Under the pieces are notes generated by a model, which was given only the letters and a program-made list of their open reading frames with translations, was not told the origin of the DNA and did not search any database. Positions 1 through 13,392 of a DNA stretch of 64,000 nucleotides are shown here, one piece after another. The number at the start of each line of letters is the position of its first letter. The stretch's first letter is position 1. The stretch is taken from the NCBI RefSeq assembly GCF_964204645.1, contig NC_134027.1:17322560-17386559 (forward strand), written 5' to 3'. The DNA comes from Tubulanus polymorphus (lineage: Eukaryota; Animalia; Nemertea). The position numbers and the translations under genes were made by a program.

Positions 1-210
1 TGGTGCTTATCCTAATTATAGAATTGATAATAATGATGGTTGGGTTTATTTTATTTTAGATAATAGTGAAGGTTTTACTAAATTAGGTATACAAAGAATA
101 AATCAATCTATTAGAATATATTTATTTTGTATTCTAGGTGCACAGGTTGAAACAAGATCCCCCAATAGTTGGAAATGATAACACTTCATTTGACGCGCAG
201 AAACAATTCA

Positions 211-1166
211 GATTTAAAATTCATTCATATAATATTTAGATTTCACACATATTTTCAAATCAGAACTATATTAAACGAATTAGAATGCCCTTTACCTGGT
301 TCGAAATATTTTAAAGAATTGGATAATAATATTAATCTATCTTAGTTTTATAAAATATCTAATGAATTTGATATAAATATTAATTCCGATTTTAGAGCGC
401 ATGGTAAATTACATGGTGTTGGTGAACAGTTTGAAATAAAAAGAATTGATTATATGCATAGAGTTGGTGCTTATCATAATTATAAAATTGATAATAATGA
501 TGGTTGGGTTTATTTCATTTTAGATGATAGTGAAGGTTTTACTAAATTAGGTATACAAAGAATAAATCAATCTATTAAAATATATTTGATTTGTATTCTA
601 GGTGCACAGGTTGAAACAAGATCCCCAATAGTTGGAAATGATAACACTTCATTTGACGCGCAGAAACAATTTAAAGTTTTATTTGAAGATTCAATTCATA
701 ATGATAAAAATAGATCGATTCCAGAAAACATTGTAAGATATCAAAATTATTTAGATAAATCTCATGTAAGATTAAATTATTGTATAGGTCCTAATCTATC
801 AATTATTTCTAATGTGTTAGTATTAAAGATTGAAAATATAATTGGTTATAATAATTTGATTAAGACTGCAACAATAAATAATTCATATGGTTTAAATGAT
901 ATAAATAAACAGATTATTACTGCTCCAAAATTAATGGAAGGTGAAAAAATTAAAAAACATATTCAATCAACTGAAACTAAAACTAAAAATATCAAATTAA
1001 ATAATGATTCTAAACCGGATTACAATACATCAGAAAATATAAAATTGACATTATTCAACATGAAATAATTAAAAGTAATAATGATAATAAATCACATGAA
1101 AATACTAAATTAGCTATAACTTGTATAGGAATTGTAATAGGAGGAATATCATATTTTAAATTTTAA
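211..1166 (+). pseudogene. Conserved Polinton-family protein with C-terminal TM helix (WQNQLNFA...CATTGCG family), 3' part
   Basis: ORF 454-1068 matches 15655-16953 and 37952-36582 (SEGFTK.GI.RINQSI, LGAQVETRSPI); 1-210 is a partial duplicate of ~470-670. Confidence 0.8.
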
Positions 1167-1181
1167 TTTTTTATTATATAA

Positions 1182-2255
1182 ATGGAAGAAGATATTCCAA
1201 TGGATACTTTTGGTGACGCCCTTGGTATAAGTGATGAACCACAACCTGATTTTAAGGAAACTAATATTGATAATGATGATGGATCAGCATATAATAATAA
1301 TTTAAATAATGATGAAGACGATGATCCATCATATAATTCTAGTTTAGCTGATGAAGATGATGGTGTAATTGATTACGAAACGCGTGAAAAGTTTAAAGAA
1401 TATATGACAGCTCCCGAAAGGGAAGTTATTAAACCCGTAACATTTAGAAAAGATTTAATGAATAGATTAGTAAATACAACTGATCCTTATTTGAAAGGGC
1501 AATTATATGGAATGAAAAGTAGAGTAATAGATACAATTGTTAACGAATTATTACCAAAAGATGTAATAGATAAAGTTGATACAATAGATATTGTAATGCA
1601 AATTTTAAAAGATGATCCACATTTCATAAATAATTTAGAATTTAAAAATGATGCATGGTTTTATAATGTTGAATTAAATAACAAAACTGCATCAATACAA
1701 TTATCTAGAATGAGTCAAGAAAATATTTTTGAACCTGGAATGCGAGCAGGATCTACAATTGAACGTTCAAAAGGTGGTTCAGAATTTCTCAGAATTATAT
1801 GGAATGCACTCGATAGAATAAATGAAGAAGAACCAAATGTTGGTATCGATATTAACAAATATTCACCATTTAAAAATCCAAATCTAAATCCTACTGATGT
1901 TGATCCAGAAATGGAAGAATATGGAGCTCGATTAGATAAATTAAGAACTTCAACACCAGAAACATCGAGAAGAGATATTCAACAAATTGATAATGATTCA
2001 AGTCAATTACAATTAGGAAAACATTTAGATAACTTCCTGGATACAATGAATTCATTTGAAGAAGATATGATTAGTATTTTAGATACACCTGGAACTGAAA
2101 CTGGAACAAATCGAATGCAATCTTTGTTAAAAAAAGGATTACTTGATTTAAATGAAGAACAATTAAAAATATTTCCTGAACAAGCACGTAGAGAAATTAA
2201 AGGTATGCAAGAATCAGCTGGTGAAATTGCTAATATTAAGATGAGATTTTCTAAA
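1182..2255 (+). pseudogene. Large acidic/coiled-coil membrane protein (EDIPMD family), C-terminus deleted
   Basis: Homologous to 16976-18685; joined by deletion at ~2256 to the C-terminal half of the capsid gene. Confidence 0.8.
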
Positions 2256-2912
2256 GTAACCATAAAGATATGGGTTATAAATTATCGAATATATGTTTAG
2301 AATATGATACAGTAACTGATGAAAATATTGCTAGCACAATTCAAACTCAATATAATCAAGGATTTTCATTATTATATGATTATATTGATAAATTTAAAAC
2401 TGTAAGTATTAATGCAAATGATGAAATAATTAATGAGAATATCAACTTCCCAAGAAGATCTATTAAAGGTATATCAATATTTTTTACCATTGCTACATAT
2501 TCTAATGGTGCAATAAATGTTGATAATTATTATGACCCTGAAATATCAAAAGTAGAAATTACAATTGAAGATATAGCAAATAAAATATTTTGTCAGGGAA
2601 TGAGAATGATTGATCAGTGGCCAGAAATTAGAAAACATTTTATGAATGAAAAAGTAAAATCATCTGAAGATTGTAATATTAATCAAATAGATTATTATAC
2701 TGGTAATAAATATGCATCATGGTTAGATTTTAGAGCCACTGAAGATAATTTATTACATGGTTCTGGGAAGAGATTACAGAACACTAAAGATGGAATAAAA
2801 TTATTCATGAAAAAGAAAAAAGGAGGTTTAAATTACAAAATGCACATTTATATTATATCTGACGCGCAGTTAAATATTGTGAATTCTCAATTGAATAGTG
2901 TTATGTATCTAA
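2256..2912 (+). pseudogene. Major capsid protein, C-terminal half
   Basis: ORF 2270-2986 nearly identical to the C-terminal half of 35088-33868. Confidence 0.8.
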
Positions 2913-2943
2913 ATTTTAATTTTAATAAAAAATTCTATAATAA

Positions 2944-4048
2944 ATGGAAGGAGGAATATATGATATACACACTCCAAGTGAAATGATATCAGATATATAT
3001 TATGTTATTCCTTATGATGAATATAGTAAGTATTTTGGAGAATTCTTTAATCAATTCAAATATAGAATAAGTAAAATAGATAATAATGTTGAACCTAAAA
3101 TGATATGAGGATGATATTGAATCTACATCTAATAATAATGAAAATATAGATATTATACCTTCTACATCGAATAATAATAATTATAATATAAAGATTGAAC
3201 CTGATATCAAAACCAAAAAGACAAATGAAAAATATTGTGACGTATGTAAGAAATATATATCATATAAAAATTGGGCATCACATAAGAAATCAAAGAAACA
3301 TGTAGAAAAAGAAAAGAATAATAATATCAGAGATAATGTTAACACAATTGAAACTAATGATACCATAGATAATATAACAGATAATGTTGATACAATCGAA
3401 ATTAATGATGATAATATAACAGAGAATGAAACAATTGATGATTCTAAAAAACATTGTAATGATTGTAATTTAGATATTTCTAAAAGTAATTTTTCTAAGC
3501 ATGAAAAATCTCAGGCGCATATAGAAAATGAAAGGGAGTTAGAAGGAAATGAAAAGAAATTAGAAGAAATAGAAAGAAATAAAACTTGTCAATATTGTAA
3601 TAAGAAAATTGAACCTGTTGATGAAAATACTCATTATAAATCAAAATTACATCTAATTATTGTTTATAAAAATGTGAGAATGATACCATTGTTAAATAAC
3701 CCAAAGAAATATATCAAATATTTTGATCCTAAAACTAAACAATATTATATATTCTATAAGTTTTTATTTGATAAATTATTAGCTTATGCAGAAGATAATC
3801 CTAAACAAATATATAAATTATTGTATTCAAGGAAAATAGATTTAAGTTATCTTGTAAAAAATTTTGGATATAATTTTGATGCCTATTTTGATGAATACTT
3901 TGAAAAATTAAGAGAAGAAGGTAAGATACATACTAATTATCATAATATGATGGTTCAACTAAAATTAATAAATCTACCTAAGCATTATTATGAATTTGAT
4001 ATAAACAAAGATGATTTTATAAACTTATTAGAAACAAAATTAGAATAA
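2944..4048 (+). pseudogene. MEGG-family Zn-finger protein with copy-specific C-terminus
   Basis: Starts MEGGIYDIH like 20033 and 21508; CxxC...H..S..H fingers (KYCDVCK, KHCNDC, KTCQYC); frameshift near 3100; ORF 3674-4048 is its C-terminus. Confidence 0.7.
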
Positions 4049-4389
4049 TTTATATCTATGTACTAGACGTACGTAAGAATCCAAGAAAGTAAGAAAGGTA
4101 CGAGAGATACGAGTAGGAATCCAAGAATTCTTACTTTCTTACTCGAAAGTCTTGTACTTAGATATATAAATTAGTTTTTTTGAATTAAAATGAAAATTAT
4201 TAATCTATGTATAGAAATAGTTATAATATAATTTTTTTTAAATTTTTATTGAGTGACAACATATAATTTATTCATTTTTATAAAACTACTAGAGGTACGA
4301 GTAAGAATCCAAGAATTCTTACTTTCTTAATTTCTTGGCAAGAATCTTGGTTTCTTACTCGTACGTCTCGTACAAAGATATATAAATAG

Positions 4390-4870
4390 TTATTTTATAA
4401 ATTTATATTCATATGGATATTGAAGCCTCAGAGGTAATTTTGAACCTTTATTATTCTTTAATCTATTCATATATTCATTATGTAATTCATTAGGTATAAT
4501 TTGATTTTCTTCCAATGATTGTTGCATAGATTTTCTATCTTTATTGTAGAATAATACTATAAATCTAATGTTTTCTCTAAGATCTTTAACGATCGAATTA
4601 TATTTTTGATTTAACACCCATGTTGTTATCCCAAAATGTCTCCCAGAGAAAGCTTAATAACATAACTCACTTTCTCTTACTTTTGAATCATGTAAATTAG
4701 CACAATCATCTATAATGAATAATGTACTTGTTCCTTTATAAATATCAATTGCTATTTTTATACAATTATCTAAATTTTCTAATATAATAAACTTTTTTAT
4801 CTTAACTATATCTCTATTATGTTTTATTCATTTCATAAGTAGGGCAAAATAATATTATATTAATATATAT
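4390..4870 (-). pseudogene. A32/FtsK-like packaging ATPase, 5'-truncated
   Basis: Matches the C-terminal two-thirds of 32226-32837 (LFIIDDCA, NQKYNSIVKD). Confidence 0.85.
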
Positions 4871-4884
4871 ATAAATAATACCAT

Positions 4885-5403
4885 ATTAAATCTTTCTATA
4901 ATAGATGCTTTTTTATCTGAGTGTGTTGAAAAATAATCTACATCGTTATCAGATAATAATTTTTTTTAATGTTTATTATAAAATTCCTTACCTTCATCAA
5001 ATTGTATCTTAACCGGAATAGCTTCTTTAAATATCAATTTGAATGCATTAGTAACTTCTATACCTGTTTTATTTTTGATTGGAATTGACCATGCGCATCT
5101 ACTGAATATATCTATAACATTCAGTATCCAGAAATATCCTTTGTTGTGTTCTTCTAAGTTCTTCATGTCAATTAAATCAGCTTGCCATTGTTGATCAATA
5201 TATGAAACCATAACTTTTCTTGTTAAATAGTTTTTATCCATTTTCTTACGGATTTGATATTTTGGATGATTTTGTAACCATAATCTTAATTCACTATATT
5301 TTATATTTTCATTATCAGATTTAATTTTATCCCATAATTCTGAATATGATACTTCACTCTCTGGGTTAAAATATAAATCTCTTAAATATTGTTCTTTTTT
5401 CAT
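4885..5403 (-). pseudogene. rve-type integrase, N-terminal half
   Basis: QWQADLIDM, VIDIFSR, QFDEGKEF; matches 31149-32162; C-terminus deleted. Confidence 0.88.
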
Positions 5404-5410
5404 CTTATTT

Positions 5411-5919
5411 TAATCCATTAATAATCATTTAGATTTAGTTTCAATGATTTTATCATTTGATTTATTTCCTGGTATAGTAGGTTTATCATCTTAATCATGA
5501 TTATCATCAGATTTATAGTTAGATTTATATATTACACCAAGGAATATAATAACTGTGATTAACCCAATTGTAATATATAAGTAATTATTTCTTCCAGTAT
5601 TAGAAGAATTAGATGGATGATCATTCGAATTAATATCAGATAATTTCTGTGATTCATTTATATCAGCTAATTTCTTTTTCTTAGCTCTTTTTAATTCTGA
5701 AGATCTTTTACCTAATTCCCTTGCCCATATAATGGATTCTAGATGGTGCTTACAATATAAATAGTATTCATAATCAATATTATTATTTTGAATACAATTA
5801 GTTGCTCCATTATCATTATTATTTTCAATTTTGGTTGGAATATCCTTATTATCAGTAATGCCCAAATATTCAATTGTCTTTTCAATATCAATATTATTCT
5901 TATTCGATTTCTTTGACAT
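5411..5919 (-). pseudogene. Deletion-derived fusion of two small Polinton genes (C-terminal part = TM protein of 30774-31142)
   Basis: From WARELGKRSS onward matches 30774-31142; the N-terminal 60 aa do not and begin at their own T-run/TAAATG. Confidence 0.6.
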
Positions 5920-6156
5920 TTATATTAATAAAAATGCGAAAAAAAATATTATTCTTATTCTTCAAATGATACTAGTTAGTTAAGTTATTGGTACTATATT
6001 GACTAGGTTAGTTTCTATTCGAATCTATTCAAAATATAAAGTATTCTCTTTTTGAAAGGAAATATCAGAATTTTAATAAAATTAAAATAAAAATAATGGC
6101 TAGGTGAAGGTATGTAATTTTTAATATATTTGATTTGAATTCTATTTGATATCTCA

Positions 6157-6915
6157 CTACTTTGGTCTATCTATAGGAGCGGTAACTATAACTGTCCAGA
6201 TAAGTAATTTCGGATCCTTGATATCAAATTCCTCAACGTATTGTTCATTATTTGGATCATTGTTCCATAATTCAATAAATTTCTTTGCTTTATCTAATTG
6301 ATCTATATATAATTTTGAATCTAGTTTGTCAGATTTACTCATATTTTCTTTCTTTTCTAAAGGTCTTAGATTCTTGCAAATCCAAATTAACTTCTAATTG
6401 TATTCATCACTCATGTTAAATTTCGATATTGGTAAAACATGATCAATATGAAAATATTCACCATAATTATTCGTATTCATTTTATCGTCGAACTGATATA
6501 TAATCCATGATTTTAAGAATTTATCTGAACAATCCAATAAATTTGTTAGTGTAACTGAATGCGTTTCTTTACTGAATAATTTTGATACTTTAGATCTTAA
6601 ACATTTTTTCATTTTGTAATTAAAATCTGTTTGATATCTTTCCTTTTGATAATTGTTATTATACATTTTAACAAGTTCTGGATTATTTGCCCGAAATTGT
6701 TTCATATGTTCTGGATTATTTTTGTAATATTGTTTATTATATAGTTTACGACAATTTTTGCAATAATAACCTTTACCATCTTTAGTCTTTTTATCATTAT
6801 AATATTCTGATAATGATTTATCTGATTCACATTTTGAACATTTCTTATGATATATATTTATAACGCCATTATTATTGTTTGTAATATTGATAGTTTGTGC
6901 TTGTGTACTTTCCAT
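6157..6915 (-). pseudogene. Zn-finger + HNH endonuclease (giant-virus type), split by a stop
   Basis: CSKC...CKNC Zn finger, FHIDHVLP...NLRPL...EN..K HNH motif; ORFs 6915-6394 and 6342-6157; homolog of 27771-28424. Confidence 0.75.
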
Positions 6916-6943
6916 CTATAATATATATTTTTATTAAAATTGA

Positions 6944-9900
6944 TTAACATGCTAGAATTCTTTTCATAATCTCATTCTCTTTTGTTTCTTCCCTTTTAAA
7001 TTTTAAGTATTCTTTTAAATTGCAACCATAAACAACTGTGTGTATACCATCATCGAGATTATTTCTTTTATCATCGAAAGGATTCAAACTTATCTTCTCT
7101 ATCTCTTCAATGAACATCTCGTGATCTTCAGATCTTAAACATTTCATCTTATGTTTTCAAACTTCTTCATTGAATATACAATTGATGTAATCTTTAAAAT
7201 GAATGTTTTTTCTACTACGCTTTTGGTAATTCCTTTAACTTTTTAGCTTTATGATACATTTTAGATCTAATACCTATAAATTCAATCATTTCTTCACCTC
7301 CTAATTCATCCTTAGACTTACCTGGCACCTTTTTATTATCATTGCTAAGCAATTCATGATTTTTAGGATAATTACTGAAATCAAAATGATGTTTTAATGT
7401 TTTTAAATCATCTGTTATGTTATTAGTTTTTATCTTTCATATGTAACTGTCAGTATCAAAATATAAGATTTCTATATGCCTTTCTCCAAAATGAGGTTGT
7501 AATAGGTTATAACAGAATTCATACATTAATAGTTTTGATATTTCTAAAACTGATGCTCCAACATAAATTGGTTTATTAAATTTCATAGAAGTTCTCCTCA
7601 TTTTAACTGCGGCTAAATTTTCATCAAATATTCTGTTACCAATAAAAATGTAGGATATGTTTGTAAATGCCTTATCCTTTTACCATTGCTAACTAACTCA
7701 ATGTCATTTCTATTTCTATTGTCAGCTGTTACAGAATCAAAATATAAGATTTCTATATGCTTTTCTCCAAAATGAGGTTGTAATACGTTATAATAGAATT
7801 CATACATTAATAACTTTGATATTTCTAAAACTGTAGCTCCAACATAAATTGGTTTATTAAATTTCATAGATGTTCTCATTTTAACTGCAGCTAAATTTTC
7901 ATCAAACATTCTGTTACCTATGAACTTATGATATGTTTGTAAATGTCTAATTCTTTTACCATCACTAACTAACTCAATATCATTTCTATTTCTAATATTT
8001 AAGTCTTACCATAGAATGCATTATTCATTAACTTGAAAAGAATCTTTCTCAAAATCAGTTTTAGCTTTAGTTCTCTGTTTGGTGTTAAAATCTATATATT
8101 TTTCTAATCATTTAGATTGAGTAAATGAAATATACCAATGTACTTTTTTAGAATCATTCCTTGATTCAAATAAAATTTTAACATCCGATAATGTACTACA
8201 TAATTATATTTATCGTCCCGAGTTACCATTAACTTTTCTGTATGAATATATGATTTTCAGGTTTAATTCTTTTTTGGTAATTTGATAATTCTTCATGTGT
8301 TACAGTTTTATGTTCTGGACAGTATGCTAGATTTCTAGATTTGAATTTAATGTTTTCAGGGTATTCTAAATCTACAACGAAAAAGTAACCTGTATCTGAA
8401 TCATCTGCAACACCTAGATTCTTCCAATCAAATTTATCATTATTTTCATGTTGTAAAACTTCAGTTATTCCAAATACTCCATAAAGTTGAGGTTCCATCA
8501 TTTCCCAACCATATAGATTATTAGCATCTATATATAATAACTTATATCCAGGGTTATCATTTACATTGAAATATCTATCACCTAATACACCTGAAACTCC
8601 TCCTCTTATAGATTTTTCAAATAATAATTGATCTATATTTGTTAACAAATCCACTTTTATATCTGTAAATTTTTAACCACAATCCCAAGTTAAACCCGGA
8701 CTAGAATAACAATGGCATGGATCAACATTAGAATATTTTAGATTTACATCTCTAAACGTTTCAAATATATCAGTTAATAATAATACACCTGATTTTAAAT
8801 ATAAATCTACTAATTGTCCATGATTTGTTATTTTAAAATGATTCCAAATATTCCATGTTCTATTATGACTTCATCTTTAACATATTCATTTTTTAATTCA
8901 TCATAGAATTGTTCTTTTGATAATTCAGTTATGTTAAAATCATTATGTGATTTATAAAATAAATATGGAATCGCTCCCTTATATCTCATTAATTGAAAAT
9001 CATCATTATTTGGATAGCGTTGTTTTAATATTTTCAATTCATCATCAACTAATGATTTTGATAAATTATCTAATGAACTGCTTAAAAATCTATATGAATC
9101 TATAAATCTTAGGCACCCAAATTGGAAAGATATATAATTCTCAGATGTTTTAGCTAACTTTTTAAATTTTTAGGTTGGTATTTTATCTTTTGATCTATTT
9201 GAATTTAATCTTTCTATTTCATTATTGATTTCTTCTATTTTATGACATAGCTTTTTGATGAATAAATATTGATATATTTTATTGTGATTATTTTCTGTTC
9301 TAAAAAATAAATCGATTTGTTTTATCCACATATAATGATTTTCATAATATAATATATCTATAACACCATTTGAATCATAATCTTTTGATAAATACAAAGG
9401 CTCTAATGTAAAATGTTCAATTTTATTGCCTTTTGTTTTTGGTAATTTGATTAAATCGAATACATTTATTTTTAGATTATTATCTCTTTCTATTTTTGGT
9501 ATATCTTTAATTCTAACTGGATAAATTATCTATCTTATAATCATTTTCAAATTGTTTATAATTTGTTAATCTATAAATATGTTGATTATAATCTTCGACT
9601 GGATGAAAGCATCTAATTATTGTCCATAGAAAACATTTATCATCTTCATTTTGTACATTTATAACAGCATTAGTTTTAAATGGTAATTTGATATAACTTG
9701 ATCCATTTATATTATCATCTTTTTAAAATGATAAATTTTTTTCATCTATTGGTTTTAATTCAGTTAACTTATTATATTTTGTGTTATAAACATGTAAAGT
9801 CATTAATATTATTTCATCAAATATTAAACCACATTCTTCAAAATATTTCTTTTCTATTTTACTTTTTACTTCATTGTAACATTTATCTAATTTTTCATCT

Positions 9901-10208
9901 ATATGCTGTTTTGAAATAATATGTTGTGAATGGGAATTTATATTATAAATTGGTTTATCTTCAGATTTTATAAATTTAACTTTAGAAGATATACATATTT
10001 TAGGATATTCTACGTCTGTAATTATTTCTATAATATTTTTCATATTTTCTGAATGTTTTTTATTTTCTCCTAATGTTTTACCTTTATGAAATTTAAACTC
10101 GATAGCAGCTGGTCCAATATCACTTTTAAATGCTTCAGTTATCTCTATCTCTTTTTTATTATCTAATGAATTAATATAATTTCTTACATCTTCCATGTAT
10201 GGTCTTTT
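6944..10208 (-). pseudogene. Protein-primed DNA polymerase B, degenerate
   Basis: YIDANNLYGW, LYFD(T/S), SLNPFDDKR; collinear with 44628-40601; internal deletion near 9270 and duplication ~7445-7735 vs 7735-8000; N-terminal Zn fingers lost. Confidence 0.92.
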
Positions 10209-10350
10209 AGTAATTAGGAATATAGGGGCTCAGGTTAAAGGTTGAGAGGACGAGCGAGTAGAAAAATAAATTCGAGTGTGCGAGAATTTATTTTTCTACT
10301 CACTCGACCTCTCGACCTTTGGCCTGAACCCCTATATTCCCAATTTTTCT
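10209..10350. repeat. Hairpin terminus (right TIR) of copy A
   Basis: Imperfect 142-bp palindrome AGTAATTAGGAATATAGGGG...CCCCTATATTCCCAATT; core AATAAATTC-GAGTGTGCGA-GAATTTATT is the reverse complement of the core at ~12880-12908. Confidence 0.8.
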
Positions 10351-10849
10351 TGGTGACCACTGGTCTAGTACGCGGTTTTCCGAAACGAAAGTGGCCAAGT
10401 CTAAAGAACAACTATTGTATCAAATGATTTCAAATATTAGGGACCTAATGCGTTTAATGATTAATTGCGGAGATTGGTTGAAAGAAGGGTGTTAGTAACC
10501 TTGTGATTTAGTTGTTTTTTAAGCATCGATTAATTAATCTTATCATAACTTATTTGTAGGCGCTTCCCACAATCATTTTCTATTCGTTGAGTTTTCAAAC
10601 GCAGTACTGTTCTTAGATTTTAGTCAAGCTTCGTGTCAAGTAGTAAAAAAGTTTATGTATTAGCATTACTATGCAGTGAAAATAACGCACTGCGGCAAGT
10701 GAGGTGCTGTGATCCATATGTGTAACCTATTTATGGGTAATATATTTCCATCATGTCAACGCCATTCACAAACAGTAGCAAGACATACTGCTGGTCTCTA
10801 GAAATAGCAATACGACGACAAGCACTTTTCGAATTCGACCACGATATTC

Positions 10850-11215
10850 GAGAAGTTTCAATTGGGCAGTGGTGGGTGATGGTCAATTTATGAATTTTCA
10901 ATGGCGAATCCTTTCTTGTTTCACCAAATTCGGTGCCGGTATATCGTTATTTCAAGAAGTTTGAATTGGTCAGTGGTGGTCAGTGATGGCCAATTTATGA
11001 ATTTTCAATGGCGAATCCTTTCTTGTTTCATACCAAACGCTGTACCGGTATATCGTTCTCACATTCGAGTAGTTTAAATTGGTCAGTGGTGGTCAGTGAT
11101 GGTCAATTTATGAATTTTCAATGGCGAATCCTTTCTAGTTTGACACCATAACGCGGTATTTCGTTCTCATATTCTAGAAATTTGAATTGGTCATTGGTGG
11201 TCAGTGATGAATTTG
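10850..11215. repeat. Minisatellite, ~110-120 bp unit, 3-4 copies
   Basis: Recurrent AATTGGTCAGTGGTGGTCAGTGATGGTCAATTTATGAATTTTCAATGGCGAATCCTTTC. Confidence 0.85.
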
Positions 11216-12287
11216 CAATGATGAATCATTAATAGTTTGAAAACAAACATGACTTTCGTGTGTTCAAGTGTTCGGACTCGGGGATGAGCTTTCATTCGAC
11301 AAATTCGGTGAAAGGGTTCAAAAGATATGGAAGAAAATCAATTTTTCAAATAAATGCATATAATGTATGTATACCATGGTGACAACGTTTAGTTATAGTT
11401 TACTCGTAAACGAATATGGAATGATTTTAAAATTTTAAAGAAAAAAGATTAGATATGGTTTTAAATAAACACATCCTCAATTTATCCATTGGTTACGTCA
11501 AGAATGTGGACAAATTACGCGATTTTTCTGCAATTGCAATTCTATTGTTTGCAAGACGTAGTAATAAGCGGTCCAATACATGGTCGAAGACTTTAGGCAA
11601 GTTTGAGAACATTTGGAATGTCACGAAAGACCCAACGCCCAAAATACCGGTACCTGACGGATGAAGAACGCAGATTTGAATTGCTGTTACCATAGAAACC
11701 AATAACCAGTTAATCCCGATATTGACCAAGTACATACGAGTAATAAGTAAGTTTAAAGAAATATCAAAATAATCAACAAAAAACATTAACAACATCACTA
11801 TTTGAGCCAATAACCTTTAAAATGAATATTTTATATGAAATTGCTATTTTCAAGTGAATATTACACGATCGTTGCTGCTGTAACTAGGTAACAAATGAAT
11901 GTATGCATAAAATTAACGTTGCACTATATGCGCTGAAATCCCCCGACTCAGAAAAGGTTTAGATTGTAAAATTACTCCAAACCTAAGAATTATTTAGCAA
12001 AAGTAGTTTAAAGTGTATTTCCTTGCCAAATGAAAATGAAGATGTTTAAATTTCAAAATGTCTGACTTTAACGCCCACTGTAGGCCAAAAAACGAAAAAA
12101 TTGTAAAAGGCATCCACTACACATGATAGCCCACATACTCTGCTATCAAATGAGCCCGGATGCCAAGCTGTAACAAAAAGTGCCGTGATCGTCGAATTTT
12201 AGGATAGTTTTTTAAGGTTGGCTGGCTGACTACTCGGGATATATCAATTGGTCAGTTACTGACCATCATAGGGTAGGGATAGGGTTG

Positions 12288-12700
12288 TAAATTTCTATAG
12301 CGCCTTGTAAATAGCAGGGCTATTATCAAAGGCGCTCTCCAAACGAAGATGGTGACTTGCACAGAAATGTCTTGAGCTGTGCTTTGAATGCTGGCAGAGA
12401 GTCAATATCACGGAGAGGTTGCGGAAGGGAGTTCCACACTGTAGGTGCAAATGTCTCAAATGCGCGTCCGCCGAATGACTTAAGACGACATGATCTGACT
12501 AACAAAAGGTTCTGCGACCCGGAACGAAGTGTTCGGACTGGTCTGTAAACTGTTAACAGGCTGGAGAGGTAAGAGGATGCAAAGTTATGGAGGCACTTAA
12601 AAACCAGCAAAGCAACTTTAAATAAGATCCGTTTGCGTACTGGTAGCCAATGAAGTCAACGGAGAAATGTGATCACGTGACTTAGTGAGTGTAATAATCA
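12288..12700 (-). mobile_element. 3' fragment of an L2/CR1-group LINE (ORF2 C-terminus and tail)
   Basis: HWLPVRKRILFKVALLVFKCLH...RTLRS...GGRAF...APTVWNSLP..LR...SLPAFKAQLKTFL is the typical L2/CR1 ORF2 end, followed by an AGCGCC...GCGCTAT tail. Confidence 0.85.
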
Positions 12701-12817
12701 TGGTGTCACCATTGTGGTATATAGCTCAAATGAAACATGTGGAACCGAAAAAGTGGCCCAAAAGCGTAAGTCATTTCCTGAGTTATATGTGATATGCCAT
12801 AACTGGAAAAGGCCGTC

Positions 12818-12969
12818 AGTAATAGGGAACAAGTTGTTCTAGATCAAAGGTCGAAAGGTCGAGTTCATTAAAAATGAAAAATAAATTCTCGCACACTCGA
12901 ATTTATTTTTCATTTTCTACTCACTAAACCTCTCAACCTTTAATCTAGAACAACTTATTCCCTATTACT
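12818..12969. repeat. Hairpin terminus (left TIR) of copy B
   Basis: 152-bp palindrome AGTAATAGGGAACAAGTTGTTCTAGA...TCTAGAACAACTTATTCCCTATTACT, followed by CTTATAATATTCAT like the inner TIR of copy C. Confidence 0.88.
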
Positions 12970-13033
12970 CTTATAATATTCATATATATGAATAACTTCT
13001 AAAATAAGTGTTAATAAAAAATATGTTATTAAA

Positions 13034-13375
13034 ATGGAGAGTAAACAAGTACACCGTGAATTCTTAAATAGAATTAAAGATATGACAAATGTAAAATCTG
13101 TAGATTATAAATTCAAAAAGATAACAGAATTAACAATTCATAAGAAATATCTAATTACAAATATTGATGCAGTTACTAATAGATATGGTAGTAAATTAGT
13201 TATCCACTTAGAATATGAAGGATTAAAAGGAAATACATATAAATTCAGAACATATTTACCAGATAGATTTCATAGATTATCAAGTGAAGATTTAGAAGAA
13301 TTATGTTCTGGAGATTTATATTTCATATACAAAGGTAAGAATGAAAAAGGGCACCATGAAATAGATTTCGATTGA
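13034..13375 (+). CDS. Small conserved Polinton protein (MESKQ family; possibly OB-fold-like)
   Basis: Intact; homolog of 40571-40218; FKK..EL...KY.I, YG.KLV, YLPDRF pattern; fold is inference. Confidence 0.7.
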   Translation: MESKQVHREFLNRIKDMTNVKSVDYKFKKITELTIHKKYLITNIDAVTNRYGSKLVIHLEYEGLKGNTYKFRTYLPDRFHRLSSEDLEELCSGDLYFIYKGKNEKGHHEIDFD

Positions 13376-13392
13376 GAAAATATGTAAAATAA

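Larger units (their letters stand above)
1..10350. mobile_element. Polinton/Maverick-like endogenous virus, copy A (degenerate; left part outside window or lost)
   Basis: Capsid-arm genes on + (211-4048) converge on ATPase, integrase, HNH and pPolB on - (4390-10208), ending in a hairpin terminus at 10209-10350; all genes homologous to copy C; many frameshifts and deletions. Confidence 0.9.
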
